From: Octopus sinensis
Taxonomy: Eukaryota
Reading direction: 5' to 3'
DNA: 64,000 nucleotides
Assembly: GCF_006345805.1 (NCBI RefSeq)
Contig: NC_043000.1
Location: 13,578,001-13,642,000, forward strand
In this document: positions 38,480 to 52,080 of the stretch, one piece after another
How positions within the stretch are numbered: the stretch's first letter is position 1
How the letters are laid out: every line of letters starts with the position of its first letter
Translations under genes and position numbers: made by a program
Notes under the pieces: model-generated
Seen by the model: the letters and a program-made list of their open reading frames with translations, nothing else
Told to the model about the DNA's origin: nothing
Databases searched by the model: none

Positions 38480-39789
38480 TCCATCCATTCCACTTCCAAA
38501 CACAAAGACACCACATTTCCGCATATTTTATTTACATCTCCACAAAACTTCATACACATGATAAAATTCTTCTCAAACAACCATTTTTGGTTTTCAGTTG
38601 CATATTTACCAAGATCACAAAGTTGCTAGATATTTTAATTTTTTTTTTTTTTTTACCTTTTACTTGTTTCAGTTACTGGACTGCAGTCGTGCCAGAGTAC
38701 CACCTTGAAGGTTTCTTCTTAGTTGAACAAATTGACGCTGGTGCTTATTTTTTACGGCTGATACTTATTCTGTCAGTCTCCTTTACTGAATCACTATGTT
38801 ACAGATACGTAAACAAACCAACATCAGTCAAGCGGTGATGGTGAAAAAACACAGGTACAAAAGCACACACACATACACACTCACCTGTGAGAAGTTTCTA
38901 ATAAGTTTTTATCTATCAAATTCATTCGTAAGGCACCAATTGGCTTGGGGCTATAGTAGAAGACACCCAAGGCGCTGCAGGGTGGAACTGAACCTAAAAC
39001 CATATGGTTGCAAAGCAAGCTTTTTAACTACATAGCCAACAAGGCAGGCAACTAACCTTGATAGTCTTCCTTCCATGACCTTTCAGAGCTAAGCTAACAT
39101 GATTTATCAATATCAACACAATGACAGTAATAACAATAATGCCATTTTTCAAATTTATTTTGTTAAGATAGAGTAGAATAACTCATGAGAAATTTAGCTG
39201 CAAAATCTAGCAGGTCAGTGGTCATACAGGGGCTCCTTTATTCCCCTAACAATACCTGAAATACCAGATTAGTCCCTGATAAGACATGTTAAATCAAAGT
39301 GGCAAATCATACATGATGAAGTCATGCATCAAGTAAACAGATACCACAATTGACAGTTGAAAACAAATAGGGCAAAACAGTACATTAGCATAATAAATAT
39401 ACACATACCACAGCCACCCCTGCCAGCCATCACATCAGATTATGGACCCCTAACTACAATACCTGAATACACTCCTAAACAAGCTCATTGGAAGAAAGTT
39501 CAATGCATACAATATATATTAATGTAAAAAACAATTCAAATAAAAACAGCTTCACAAATGAATTGCTTTTACACCCTAAATAACTGTTACCAATATATTT
39601 TTTACATACCTCTTTGAGCAATCTCTACAACATAGGCAGAGGCGTGGTTGTGTGGTAAGAAGTTTGCTTCCCAACCATATGGCTTGGGGGTTCAGTCCCA
39701 CTGCATGGCATCTTGAGCTAGTGTCTTCTACTATAGCCTCAGGGTGACCAATGCCTTATGAGTGGATTTAGTAGACAGAAACTGAAAGA

Positions 39790-40030
39790 AAGGCAGCGAG
39801 CTGGTAGAAATGTTAGCATGCTGGGTGAAATGCTTAGCGGTATTTCATCTGCCATTACGTTCTGAGTTCAAATTCCACCGAGGTTGACTTTGCTTTCATC
39901 CTTTCGGGGTCGATTAAATAAATACCAGTTACACACTGGGTTCGATATAATTGACTTAATCTGTTTGTCTGTCCTTGTTTGTCCCCTCTGTGTGTAACCC
40001 CTTGTGGGCAGTAAAGAAAAAAGAAATAAG
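39790..40030 (+). mobile_element. SINE family D, nested in a family A copy
   Basis: Follows GAAACTGAAAGAA, which recurs after the element at about 40030. Confidence 0.8.
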
Positions 40031-40234
40031 AAACTGAAAGAAACCATTCGTGTGTGTATAGACAGCCACAGGACTCAAACCCTCTCCTCTTAGATATCGA
40101 CTGAGTACTCCACAAATTAAGCTAAACTGCTATCTGGGAGGTGTGGATTCGGGTCATTTTGTCTGATGACTTTTTTGTCATGTGTTACATATGAATGAAG
40201 ACAGCTGTGTGGGGAAGTGTCACTCCCTAACTGT

Positions 40235-40820
40235 AGAAGGAACCTGTGGAAAAGGTAGACTCAGGAAGAAAAAGGGATGAGGTGGTGAAGCATGACCTTT
40301 GAACATTGGGCCTCACAGAGGCAATAACAGGAGACCAGGTCATTTGGAGATATGCTGTGATCGAGAAAACCAAGCAACTAAAGTAAAATCGCAACCACAC
40401 ATGTCTGGCGCTGTTAAGGATACCCTGATGCCTCAGGCGATATGATATGCTTGAGAAGACCTGTTGAGTCAAGTAAAACCAATATTGAAGCTGTGGCCAG
40501 TTCCCCCTGACTGGTTCCCATGCCAGTGGCACATAAAAAGCACCATCTGAAAGTGGTTGATGCCAGTAACCCCTGACTGACCCCTGTGCTGGTGGCATGT
40601 AAAAAGCACTATCCAAACATGAGCAATGCCAGACCCACTTCACTGGCTCCTGTGCTGGTGGCATGTAAAACCACCCACTACACTCTCAGAGTGGTTGGTG
40701 TTAGGAAGGGCATCCAGCTGTAGAAACATTGCCAGATCAGATTGGAGCCTGGTGAAGCTGCTAGCTCTGCAGACATCAGTCAAACCATCCAACGCATATG
40801 TTAAACGATGATGATGATGA
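40235..40820 (+). mobile_element. Older RTE LINE 3' end
   Basis: EGTCGKGRLRKKRDEVVKHDL*TLGLTEAITGDQVIWRYAVIEKT, homologous to the 25288-25647 ORF; (GAT)n tail. Confidence 0.85.
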
Positions 40821-41113
40821 TACTAATGAATCCTACCAATAAAATTCTCAATGATTATTTCATTATGATGCTCACCTTGTGAATTTAAAATTGGACAAAA
40901 AGTCGTTGGACAAAAAAAACATCAGACAAAAAGGCGTCAGACCAAAAGATGTGGACCAAGTGACATCGGACAAAATGACATTGGATGAAAAGTGGGTTTG
41001 ACTCCTGTGGCTGTCTACTGACAAGTTTTTCTATCGTGTAAGGATAAAATACCCAAAATTTGTGCAGTTTTCATGGCTATATGCATTTGAAATATTACTT
41101 TCTTGTTTATATG

Positions 41114-41585
41114 CAGGGGTTGGACAAAATAATGGAAACAGCTAGCATCACAGCATCATAATTTTGAAGTATCTATAAAACCATCAAAAGCTTGTTTATT
41201 TTTATGTTTTTCCATTTATTATTAATGTTGCTTAATATGTTTTGTAAAAATTACTGTTTCTTTTCAAATATCATCAGAAAAAGGTAATTAAAATGACAGA
41301 TCTATTGGACTTTTGGTGTATCAAGAAACACTGTCTTGAAAGTAATGACAGCTTTTGAGAAAGAGGGAAAAACTTCCTCGTCAAAACAAAACTCCGGAAG
41401 AAAACCAAAACTGTCAGATAGGGACGGTCAGACACTTACACGAATTGTTAGAAAGGATCACAAAAGTACAGCTCCCAGAATTACTGCAAAGCTTAATGAC
41501 CACCTTGAGAACCCAGTTTCCACATAAACCAGATTTCAAAGGAGGGCTGCAATCAGAAAACCACTACTTTCAAAAACAAACAATT
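41114..41585 (+). mobile_element. Tc1-like transposon 5' fragment
   Basis: CAGGGGTTGGACAAAATAATGG TIR-like start; SGRKPKLSDRD..LTRIVRKDHKSTAPRITAKLNDHLENPVST is the Tc1 DNA-binding region. Confidence 0.75.
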
Positions 41586-41946
41586 CTTCATTTCTAGTAT
41601 TACATAAAAAACATGTTTGGCTATAGGAAAATATAACCTTATCTGAAAGCAGGTGAGGGTTGGCAACAGGAAGAGGATCCAGCTGTAGAAAACCTGCCCC
41701 AACAAATTCTGTCTTATTCACGCAAGTATGGAAAAATGTATATTTATTGGTGTGATGATGAGAAGGATGATGATGATATCAGGTCTGCATGTCCACATGG
41801 CAAATCAATCTCTCATATGAGATCTGGCCACTTGTTCTACCTCATAACACATTGGCCTGTTTTCTTTTACTTATTTCAGTGATTGAACTGTGACCATGCT
41901 AGGACACCACTTAGAAGGCTTTTAGTTGAAGAACGCAGCTCTAGTA

Positions 41947-43237
41947 CGAGGGGCGTTCAATTAGTAATGCCTCTGACCCACTTCTAGTTGTTTGATCTAG
42001 CTGAAATTTTGTATGTGCAATTATTTATATCTCTATAGATTAAGTGGCAAATTACAGCTCTGAACTAATTGTGGTTTCTGATTTACAGGTGTTTGAACTG
42101 AGTCAAGTGTGAAATGGAGCATGTTGAGTGTCGAGCAGTGATCCGGTTTTTGTATTTGAAAGGACGCACACCACGGGAGACTTTTGATGAAATGAAAGAG
42201 ACTTATGGTGATGATGCCCCATCATATGACCTTGTAAAACGCTGGCATCGTGAATTCAAACATGGTCGGAACTCTGTGGAAACAGCTCCCAGATCTGGTC
42301 GCCCCCTTCTGCCATTGATGAGGCATCTGTCTGTCAAGTTGAGGCTGCCATTTTGGAAGATCGACGCATAACTATTCGCCAAATAGCCCATGAGGTCAAG
42401 ATTAGTACCGGGTCTGTGGAAACTATCATTCATGACCATTTGCATATGCAAAAGGTGTCTGCCAGATGGATTCCCAGGTTGCTCACACCTTTCCAGAAGC
42501 AAGAACACGTCGATTGCTCGAGGATGAATTTGGAGATGTGCCAAGAAGATGAGTCAAAATTTTTCAAAAGACTGATTGCATAGGATAAAACCTGGGTCCA
42601 TCATTATGATCCAGAGACCAAAGCCCAGTCAATGCAGTGGAAGCACCATGACTCACCTCCTCCAAAGAAGGCAAGGGTGCAGCCCTCTGCTGGCAAGGTC
42701 ATGCTTACAGTCTTCTGGGACCAGGACGGAGTAGTGAAGACAGATTTCCTGGCAAAGGGTGCCACAATTACAGGAGTCTATTATGCTTCACTTTTGAGGA
42801 AATTAAGAGAAGCTATCAAAATCAAGAGGCGGGGCAAGATCAGCAAAGGCATCCTCCTCCTGCAGGACAACGCTCCGGTCCACAACTCGCGTGTCGCCAG
42901 ATCAGAAGCACAGGCGTGCGGCTATGAACTCATCCCCCATCCCCCCTACTCTCCTGACCTTGCACCCTCTGATTTTCACCTCTTCCAGCCATGAAGTTGT
43001 TTTTGAAAGGAAAGCGTTTCCCAGATGATGCAGCCTTGATTTCTGAAGTCACGTCGTGGTTGGAGGACCAAGCTGGGGTCTTCTACAAAAACGGTCTTCA
43101 GAGCTGCATCAAACGATGGGAGAAATGCATAACTCTGAGTGGTTCCTATGTAGAAAAAGACTAATAACTGTTCCAAGTTTCGTTGCTCTACTGCTATGGG
43201 AAGTGGGTCAGGGGCATTACTTATTGAACGCCCCTCG
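41947..43237 (+). mobile_element. Full-length mariner (DD34D, irritans-like) element, 1291 bp
   Basis: 38-bp TIRs (41947-41984, 43200-43237; 2 mismatches), TA TSD, inserted into a family A SINE tail. Confidence 0.97.
42114..43164 (+). pseudogene. Mariner transposase with two frameshifts and one nonsense codon
   Basis: HTH region, WIPRLL, DKTW, QPSAGKVMLTVFWD, QDNAP-x-YSPDLAPSD (34 residues between the two Ds); frameshifts near 42305 and 42990, TAG at about 42581. Confidence 0.95.
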
Positions 43238-44460
43238 TACTTTTGTTTTCTTGTTTCTTTTAAGTCTTAATTTATCAGTAATTTTTGCCAAATTGTTAAG
43301 TTATGGGGATGTAAACAAACCAACAATGTTTGTCAAGCAGTGGTGGGGAGTTGTGACAAACACAGACACAAAGACACATACACGCATAGATATATACATA
43401 CATATGCTTTAAATTGAGCCTACTATAATGGGTCAAAATACACACTGCAGTATAAACATTCAATAAAATGATTGTGTCTTTTATCTTTTACTTGTTTCAA
43501 TCATTGGACAGTGGCCATGCTGGAGCACTGCATTGAAAGGTTTAGTCAAATGAACTGACCCCTGTTCTTACTTTTTTAAATCTGGCAATTATTCCATCAG
43601 ACTCTTTTCCTGAATTGCTAAGTTATGGGGATGTAAACAAAGCAACACCGGTTGTCATAGGGAGGCAGGGGACGAACACAAACACAAAGACACAAGCACA
43701 TGCATGTGTGTGTGTGTGTATGCAGCAGGCCTCCACTTTGTTTTCATCCATCACATTTGCTCTCAAGGCTTTGATTGGCCCAAGGCTATAGTAGAAGACA
43801 CTTGTCCAAGGTTGTGCCATAGGACTGAACCCAAAACCATATGGTTGCAAAGCAAGCTTCTTAACCTCACAGCCATTCCTATACCTGTATTATAGACTTA
43901 TTCAAAAGACATATCCCATAAAACAACAAAAATACAATCCAAATTACACACCAGAAATAACCAGCCATGTAAAAAGTCTGAAACAACTTTAAGCACAATA
44001 CACGGAAACTACACACAACCAGAATAAAATTTCCTTATCAAACAATTAAAGAAATAAAAAAACCAACCATAGAAATACAGGAAGTTGGCAGGCATCTGTA
44101 TCCAACATAAACAACAAAACAGTAAAACATCATACAGAATAATTAGCAGCATCTCTTATCAGACAATTCTTGTGAATCAGCCATCAAAATGAATGAAGAC
44201 AGAAGCTCAAAATGAAGGATATACAACTTCCAGTTAGACCAGTGTTTCCCAACTTATTTTCCCCCAGGCCCCACTATAACTTTCCAGAAAAATGTTTGCC
44301 CCACTGGTGGTGGGAAAAAACTAACTTTATTTTTAATATTTTATCACAATTATTTAATACAAAAGAATCTACTGGTAACTTTTTTTTATTAAGTTCTGAG
44401 TACCTAAAAAATGTACATAATTGACTAAGAAAAGAAAAAATTTTCATTATTCCATGTCCT

Positions 44461-44762
44461 GTTTGTTCCTTCTCGAGCCACGCCTGGCTCATAAGGGCCA
44501 GTTTCCTGGTTTCCTTGGAGTAGAGGTTCCCCACCTGGACAGGATGCCAGTCCATCACAGGTGAGCTGCAAGATGCAGGAGGAAAGAGTGAGAGAAAGTT
44601 GTGGTGAAAGAGTCAGCGGAAGTCCACCATTACCTTCTGCCGGAGTCACATGGAGCTTAAGTGTTTCACTCATAAACACACACATCACCTGGTCTAAGAT
44701 TCGAACCCGCGATCTCTCGACTGCGAGTCCGCTTCTCTAACCACTAGGCCATGTGCCGCCAC
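44461..44762 (-). mobile_element. SINE family C-related, tail variant 2, with TSD
   Basis: B box GGTTCGAATC; CCTGTGATGGACTGGCATCCTGTCCAGG tail; ATTCCATG(T/C)CCT on both flanks. Confidence 0.8.
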
Positions 44763-46199
44763 ATTCCATGCCCTGCTAAAATCAAAAAATAAAAACATTT
44801 TGGATCTGTATCCCACCACAGTTTTCCTAGCAGTCACCAGTGGAGTGTATTCTCCACATTGGGAGTCACTGAGTTAGACCACCATTCTGACTCTTTACTC
44901 ATATTAGACAACTAATAAGAATCTCACAAAAGTCAAAAGACTTAAGATCTGACAAAATCACAAACAGGCTTTGCTGTGTGGTTAAAAACTTCACCTCACT
45001 TTGCAATTACATGCTTTTGAGTTCAGTGCTGCTGTGCAGCATCTTGGTCAAGTATTTTCTTCTATAGCTCTGGGTCAACCAAATGCTTTAGGAGTGAAAT
45101 GGATAGGCAGAAACTGCATGAAAGCCCATCATATGTATGTATGCATGCATGTATGTATGCGTATGTACATATATACACTATATACACACACACATATATT
45201 TATATATATACACATTTACATCAATTATGCATTGTTATAAACTGTCTAATAAAAGCCCGAAACATATGTACCGCTAAATCCTTTGCATCATGCTTTTATT
45301 TTGATAAATATATATATATATATATGTATATATATGCATATATATGTGTGTGTGTGTGTGTGCATATGTGGGCATAGGACATCATGAAACATACAACAAA
45401 AAAATGCAAAGTACGAGTACATGGAATACGAACTATTTTTTTGAACAACAAAAGACACAAATGGAAAACAAGACAAAGAACATAAAGAACAACCCTTCGT
45501 CAGTTGTTGGCTGTTTTTCCACTCTCATATTTCAAGCATTTAACAACAATAAAACAGTTGGTCCAGCAAAGCAAACTAAATAAAATTTGGGATTTTGCAG
45601 AGGGTCAAAATTGGTAACACAAACAGGACAGTGAAAACAAACAGGAAAGGCTGCTAAGCCTAAACAAGGTTGTGGTGTCAAACGCGTAAATCAAGCTTGG
45701 ACAGACAAGAACACATCTTCCTTGCGGAAAGAAAGAAAGAAAGAAATACAAGTTAGGTGAAGAAAGAAAGATAGCTGATGGTCATGTGGGAGCCACATGA
45801 GCAAAAAAAGAGGAGTGAGGGAGAGAGAGTGACAGAGTAATAGGATAGACTAGTGGGAGAAGAGGAGATAAAAGAATAAGAGAGAGAAAAAGAGAAAAAT
45901 GAAAAAGTAAAAAGATCGTATAGAGTGCGCATTGGAATTATTAAGATAAAATTCACTTGGAAGAGGATGTGTGGAATTCAATCATGTAATAATATATATA
46001 TATATACATACGTATATGTACATACTTACATCTATACGTATATCTATATGCATATGTGGGCACAGGACGTCACGAAACGTGTACAACAAAAAGTTATGAA
46101 GTACGAGTACATGGAACATGAACTATTTTTTCAAACAATGGAAGATACAAATGGAAAATAAGACAAACAACATAAATAATGACAGTGTTTGGAAGGAAG

Positions 46200-46335
46200 A
46201 TGTGTAGCGTGTGATCATCGCATTCACCACAACAGAGAAAGTTTTCATGAAGACATCTATTCAAAGGCCAATGTAAAGTTGCAGAAAGTGTATGGAGAGG
46301 AGTATATGAGCTGCACACAAGTGTATAAGTGAGGC
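46200..46335 (+). pseudogene. Short mariner transposase N-terminal relic
   Basis: LQKVYGEEYMSCTQVYK resembles the mariner HTH pattern VYGEECMSRTQVYEW. Confidence 0.5.
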
Positions 46336-46513
46336 CCAGTGTCTGAAGCTCCTAAAATAATGTGTGTGTGTGTTTATGTTTTTTACCCCACATTGCTTGA
46401 CAAAAGGGATTGGTTTGTTTACCGCCCATGACAAAGTGGTTCAACAAATGTGACCTATAGAATAAAAATTACACTTGAAAAATAAGTACTGGAGTCAACC
46501 TGTTTGATTAAAC

Positions 46514-46842
46514 CAGTGTTTTTCAACCGGGGTCCATATAAGATTTCTGGGGGTCTACACTACAAAATTGTAAACTGGGGACCTGCAATAGTATTTTAAG
46601 GACCCCTGAAAAATTTTTGCTTTAGATATATGAATTGGTATGTTTTGCATGAAACACCTAGGTTTCTTTCTTTAACATTTCACATAGTTCAACTTACATA
46701 AGTGAATGTGTGAAAAACAAAATAGGAATTTCGAAAGTTTCAATAAAATTAATTTTCAAGCATCAAATGACTGTTGGGGTCCACGAAAATAAAATAGTAA
46801 TCAAAAGGGTTCATAGAAAAGAAAAATGATTGAGAAACCCTG
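46514..46842. mobile_element. hAT-type MITE
   Basis: CAGTGTTTTTCAACC ... TGATTGAGAAACCCTG; 8-bp flanks GATTAAAC/GGCTAAAC; sits inside a SINE tail. Confidence 0.75.
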
Positions 46843-46947
46843 GGCTAAACAACTTCAAGGTGATGCTCCAGCATGGCTGCAGTCTAATGACTGAAACAAG
46901 TAAAAGATATAAAGATATAAAGAATGTAAATGCAGAAAACATTGCAA

Positions 46948-47123
46948 TTAAGGATTAAGTAAATTAAGAGAAGCATAAACTGAAATTATAATAAACGAAT
47001 CCCTTTCATTCTTTGACAATGTTCTTGCTGTCAACTCATATTTGCAAACCAATAATGTTGTCAAATTATTTGTACTGAAAGATTTATATACTTTAATTAA
47101 ATCCTCGGTAATATTACTAATAT
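46948..47123 (-). other. Candidate exon (57 open codons to a stop), identity unknown
   Basis: Strong acceptor TTTTCTTTCTACTAATTCCAG|; open frame ISNITEDLIKVYKSFSTNNLTTLLVCKYELTARTLSKNERDSFIIISVYASLNLLNP* in very AT-rich DNA. Confidence 0.25.
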
Positions 47124-48013
47124 CTGGAATTAGTAGAAAGAAAACATTCAACTACTTATCATAAAATACATGGAGATAATCTGGAGAGAAACACTTTTAA
47201 ATCACTAGTCTATTATGTTAATGCTTCAATGTATACACATATCTGTCATGTTATTGCTGTCTGTGGCTTTTAATTAAATTTCTGTCCATTATGTTGGGTT
47301 TTTTGTTACATATTCAGAGTGAAACTCGCACTGTATCTATCCTGATGTATTCATTACTTTAATACACTTTCAGATTAAATACTGTGAAACTGTTAATGAA
47401 AATGTAGCACACCACACACACACACACACACACTTATGGCAATTCAGGAGAAACGGTGTTTGTTGTTGGATGTCAGAGAGGATCATGCAAAGATAGGTGT
47501 ATTGTGTCAGAATTATCCGGTTGGAAAGGTGTAGCTGAACAGTGTTGCCAGGGAAGTGGTGCAGCAGACGTTAGGTAATAAAGTTAGTGTGGCAGGGGCA
47601 GTGAGCAAAGGTAACGCGGAGGTTATGATATGAGAAATAAATAGGTGCAAGTATGGCTGCATGGTTAACAAGCTCACTTTGCAAACACATGGTTTTAGGT
47701 TCAGTCCCACTGCATGGCACCTTGGGCTGGTGTCTTCTACTATAGCTTTGGGTTGATCAATGCCTTGTGAGTTAACTGAGTCGGGCAGAAACTGCATGGA
47801 AGCTTGTCACACATATACACACATATATAGACGTAGGAGAGAGAGGGAAGCCACTGAAAAGGTCATGAACAGTGATAGAATTTTGACTAGCAAACCATTA
47901 TTTGATTGCCTAACCAGCACATTAAATCAATGATCAATACAGACCAAGAGAGTGTTTCATTATTATTGATGTAATGACCCTCCCAAAACACAATATATAT
48001 ATATCATCATATT

Positions 48014-48049
<36 letters not shown>

Positions 48050-48078
48050 ATATATAGAGAGAGAAGAGAGAGAGAGAG

Positions 48079-48147
<69 letters not shown>

Positions 48148-48989
48148 TATAGATAGCCAGACAGACAGATAGATATACATATATATGTCTATGTGTGTAC
48201 AAGTGTGTGTAGTGTCTGTGTTTGTCCCTACCTCCGCCACTTGACTATCAACACTGGTTTTTTACTGTCCCCATAACCAGTTTGGCAAAAACAGATCAAT
48301 AGAATAAATAGCTAACCTTAAAAAAATGTATTGGGATTGATTTGTTTGACTAAAATGCCTGCCCTTCAAGGTGGTGCCCTAGCACAGCTGTAGTCCAATG
48401 ACTGAAACTGGTAAGAGATAAAAGATAAGATAGGCAATGTAGTTAAGGTGGTGGTGGGAGTAGGTAAAATAGGGAATAGTGTGGTGGCAAGGGTTAAAGC
48501 AGAGCTAGAGGATAGTGAAGAAGGAATGTATGTTGTGACAGATTTAGAGTAACAAATGTGGTATGGTGAGAATGGTGAATTTAGAATGAGGTAGCAGGAA
48601 TGTAGTGGTAAGTTGATGGAGGAGGTACATCATCATTGACTTAATGTCCCCTTTTCCATACTTCCATGGCATGGAAAAGATTTTCTATAGCCAGATTCCC
48701 TAGCTATCACCAACCCTCACTAGCTTCCATCAGCCGTTCAAGAATTTGGACCTGGAGATCTCCATTTCAAGTGACTTTGAGGGCCACCTCCCAGTGGTGT
48801 CGGGCATCAACGAAGAGCCCTCGAATACAACAAGATGACCAAGTTTTTTTTTTCCCCAAGGTCTGGAGTCTCCCGCCCCTAAGCCCTAGACCATCACCTA
48901 ATCACCCTTACCCATCATGTTGCTTAACAAAACAACAAGCTTCTATCAGGTCATCTGGTTCCACCAACCTCATAGGAACAGATTACTAG

Positions 48990-49570
48990 GCTCTTCCATC
49001 TTCTTTCTGTCTTTGACAAGGTTTAGAGTTTGAAACTAGTTTGTACCAAAGCTTTGCCGGTCATCTTTTAAGGTCGTTCTCCAGGTTTTCTTTGGCTTGT
49101 CCTTTGGTCTCTTCCCACCAGCTTGTAATCATGCCATTGCAGTTCTTGCTGGGATATTGTTCCCCATTTGCAGTACATGCCCTGTCAGCTGCATTCTTCT
49201 GCTCTTGATGACAAAACAAGGTTTGTGGTACTGGCCCTTCAAAGCCCCTCCTCATTTGTGATCTTGTCTGGCCCTCTAATGCCTAAGATTTTTCAGTGGC
49301 ATCTTTATTGGAAAGTATCAATCTGTTTTTTCAATCTTCCATTGATAACAGCAGAAGGTTGTTATTGAAATAACAATTAACCAGAAAAACCTTCATTTAA
49401 TTCATGTGAGTCTCTTTAATTGGAGTTTGTTGAATACTCCAATACCTTTGGCTATCTGTTTTTTACATCAGATTCAGCATTGTCATCTGCTATCTGAATG
49501 CTACCAAGATACAGGAAGCATTGAACCTCTTCTATCTTTTCCCCATTGATTGAAACCTTGTGTGCTGTCA
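48990..49570 (-). mobile_element. Old RTE-clade LINE relic (RT C-terminal region)
   Basis: GEKIEEVQCFLYLGS..ESDVKNR and IDTFQ..KILGIRGPDKITNEE motifs. Confidence 0.7.
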
Positions 49571-49727
49571 CTGCAGGTAAATTTCTAGTCTCAAGCAAAG
49601 TAAATTTTCCCCATGTTTTCAGACATGTTTTCCACAGAAAATTGGAAAAGAAGGATACTGCTGTATCATGCATGTTAAGACAAAAAAGCATACAATATAT
49701 AGATACATACATACACACATACGCATA

Positions 49728-49814
<87 letters not shown>

Positions 49815-49820
49815 ATATTA

Positions 49821-49851
<31 letters not shown>

Positions 49852-50508
49852 CATACATACATACATACACACATACACACACACATATATATATATATAC
49901 ATACATACACACAACACACACACACACATATATACACACGCACATTATATATATATATATATACATAGGCACAGGCATGGCTGTGTGGTAAGAAGCTTGC
50001 TTCCCAACTACATGGTTCCAGGTTCAGTTCCACTGCATAGTACCTTTGGCAAATATCTTCTACTATAACCTTATGGCAGGGATACAAGATTTCACAGGTA
50101 CAGGGAGGAATATAGATGTTGCATGGATGATGGCCGAACCAAGAAAGAAAGATCAGACTTGGCCAAACATATATAAAAGAAAACAAAAAGATGAAACAAG
50201 AACATAACAGGCAACAGCAAAACATCTGGACAGCTAGATGATACAAAAAAGGACAAGAAAAAACAAGGATGAGTCATTCAGAGCTTCTATCCTCAGTCAA
50301 GCACCAGATTATCTTAGCAGTTTCGGCCAGTTACACTCGAGACTGCTCCAATCTGGCTGGTCCTAAGAAAATTTAAGCTAAGAGCACTAGATTCCTTGCA
50401 AGAAAGCAAGCAAATGTATGCGAAAGCAAGGACAAAAATAAATGGAGAAATGGTACACAATTACAAATACAAACAACAGGACATTAACAAGGTTGCGATG
50501 GGTAAATT

Positions 50509-50925
50509 ACTCTTTACTCTTTTGCTCGTTTCAGTCATTTGACTGCGGCCATGCTGGAGCACTGCCTTTAGTCGAGCAACTCGACCCCGGGACTTATTCT
50601 TTTTGTAAGCCCAGTACTTATTCTATCGATCTCTTTTTGCCGAACCGCTAAGTGACGGGGACGTAAACACACCAGCATCGGTTGTCAAGCAATGCTAGGG
50701 GGACAAACACAGACACACAAACATATACACACACACTATATATATATATATATACATATATACGACAGGCTTCTTTCAGTTTCCGTCTACCAAATCCACT
50801 CACAAGGCATTGGTCGGTCCGGGGCTATAGCAGAAGACACTTGCCCAAGATGCCACGCAGTGGGACTGAACCCGGAACCATGTGGTTGGTTAGCAAGCTA
50901 CTTACCACACAGCCACTCCTGCGCC
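50509..50925 (-). mobile_element. tRNA-derived SINE, family A, young full-length copy
   Basis: Nearly identical to 55774-56189 in reverse complement, sharing diagnostic variants (CCCTAGCATTGCTTG, GGCATCTTGGG). Confidence 0.93.
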
Positions 50926-51124
50926 TATTGTCACCATTTTATATTTTTAATTTCATGCATGTGCATTGTTTGTTTTTTATTTTGTTGACTACACAGTATA
51001 GTAGGAATACATATGTAATTCAAAATATAAACAATAATAAACCATAAAATAAATTTTATTTTTCAAAATGAAACAAAGCAAACTGTAAGATGAAAAATAA
51101 TGATTATTTTATAGTTTATTATTG

Positions 51125-51250
51125 TTTATATTTGAAAAGTTTTCTCTTACTTTTTTAATTGCAAAATCTTTGATCAGATCCTTAAAATTAATCATACATA
51201 ACACATCTGCTTCTATACTTCGTAGAGGTAAGGCACCCCAAATATTAAAT
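51125..51250 (-). pseudogene. hAT transposase extreme C-terminal relic
   Basis: ALPLRSIEADVLCMINFKDLIKDFAIKKVR resembles the hAT pattern LALLSIE..IDFDDIIKDFA.KK.R. Confidence 0.55.
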
Positions 51251-51362
51251 TTAGACAGTTTAAAGTGATTTCTTTTGTGCCACAAACCATTTACCATTTC
51301 TGTGGTGCCCCACTTTCCTTGATGCGCTAAACACATGCTTATTTAGCTTAATGTGTCTAGAC

Positions 51363-51693
51363 CAGGGGCTCTCAACCATTTTTTATCTACAGACCCCTTT
51401 GATTACTATTTTATTCTGGTGAATTCCCGTAGGCATTTGATATTTAAAAACCAGTTTTATAGACACTTCTGACATAATTCCTATTTTGTTTTTAATGCAT
51501 TAACTTGTGTAGGTTGAACAATGTAAAATGTTAGAGAAAGAAACCTGGCTGTTTCTTGCAATTCATACTAATACACACATCTATAGCAAAGATTTTTTCA
51601 GAGGCCCTTAAAATATTACTATGGATCCCCAATTTATTAATTTATTGCATAGGCTCTCAAAAATTTTATATGGACCCCAGTTGAGAACCACTA
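51363..51693. mobile_element. hAT-Charlie-like MITE at an NTCTAGAN site
   Basis: GTCTAGAC|CAGGGGCTCTCAACC ... GTTGAGAACCACTA|ATCTAGAT. Confidence 0.85.
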
Positions 51694-51721
51694 ATCTAGA
51701 TGAAAACTGGTGGGTAAAGAA

Positions 51722-52080
51722 TCATCGTTCGTCGTTTAGCGTCCGTTTTCCATGCTAGCATGGGTTGGACGGTTCAACTGGGGTCTGTGAAGCCAGAAGG
51801 CTTCATCAGGCCTAGTCAGATCTGACAGTGTTTCTACAGCTGGATGCCCTTCCTAACACCAACCACTCCGTGAGTGTAGTGGGTGCTTTTTACGTGCCAC
51901 CCGCACAGGTGCCAGACAGAGCTGGCAAACGGCCACAAACGGATGGCGCTTTTTATGTGCCACCGGCACAGGGGCCAGGCGAGGCTGGCAACGGACACGA
52001 ACGGATGGTGCTTTTTACGTGCCACCGGCATGAGGCCAGTCGGGGCGGCGCTGGCGAAGTGCCAAGTAATCCAAATAAAG
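51722..52080 (-). mobile_element. RTE 3'-UTR copy
   Basis: CGTCCGTTTTCCATGCTAGCATGGGTTGGACGG and GGATGCCCTTCCTAAC motifs. Confidence 0.85.

Noticed and set aside
50280-50380. Minus-strand GGCCGAAAC and CTGAGGA motifs
   Set aside because: Order and pairing do not fit any hammerhead topology without several assumed mutations.
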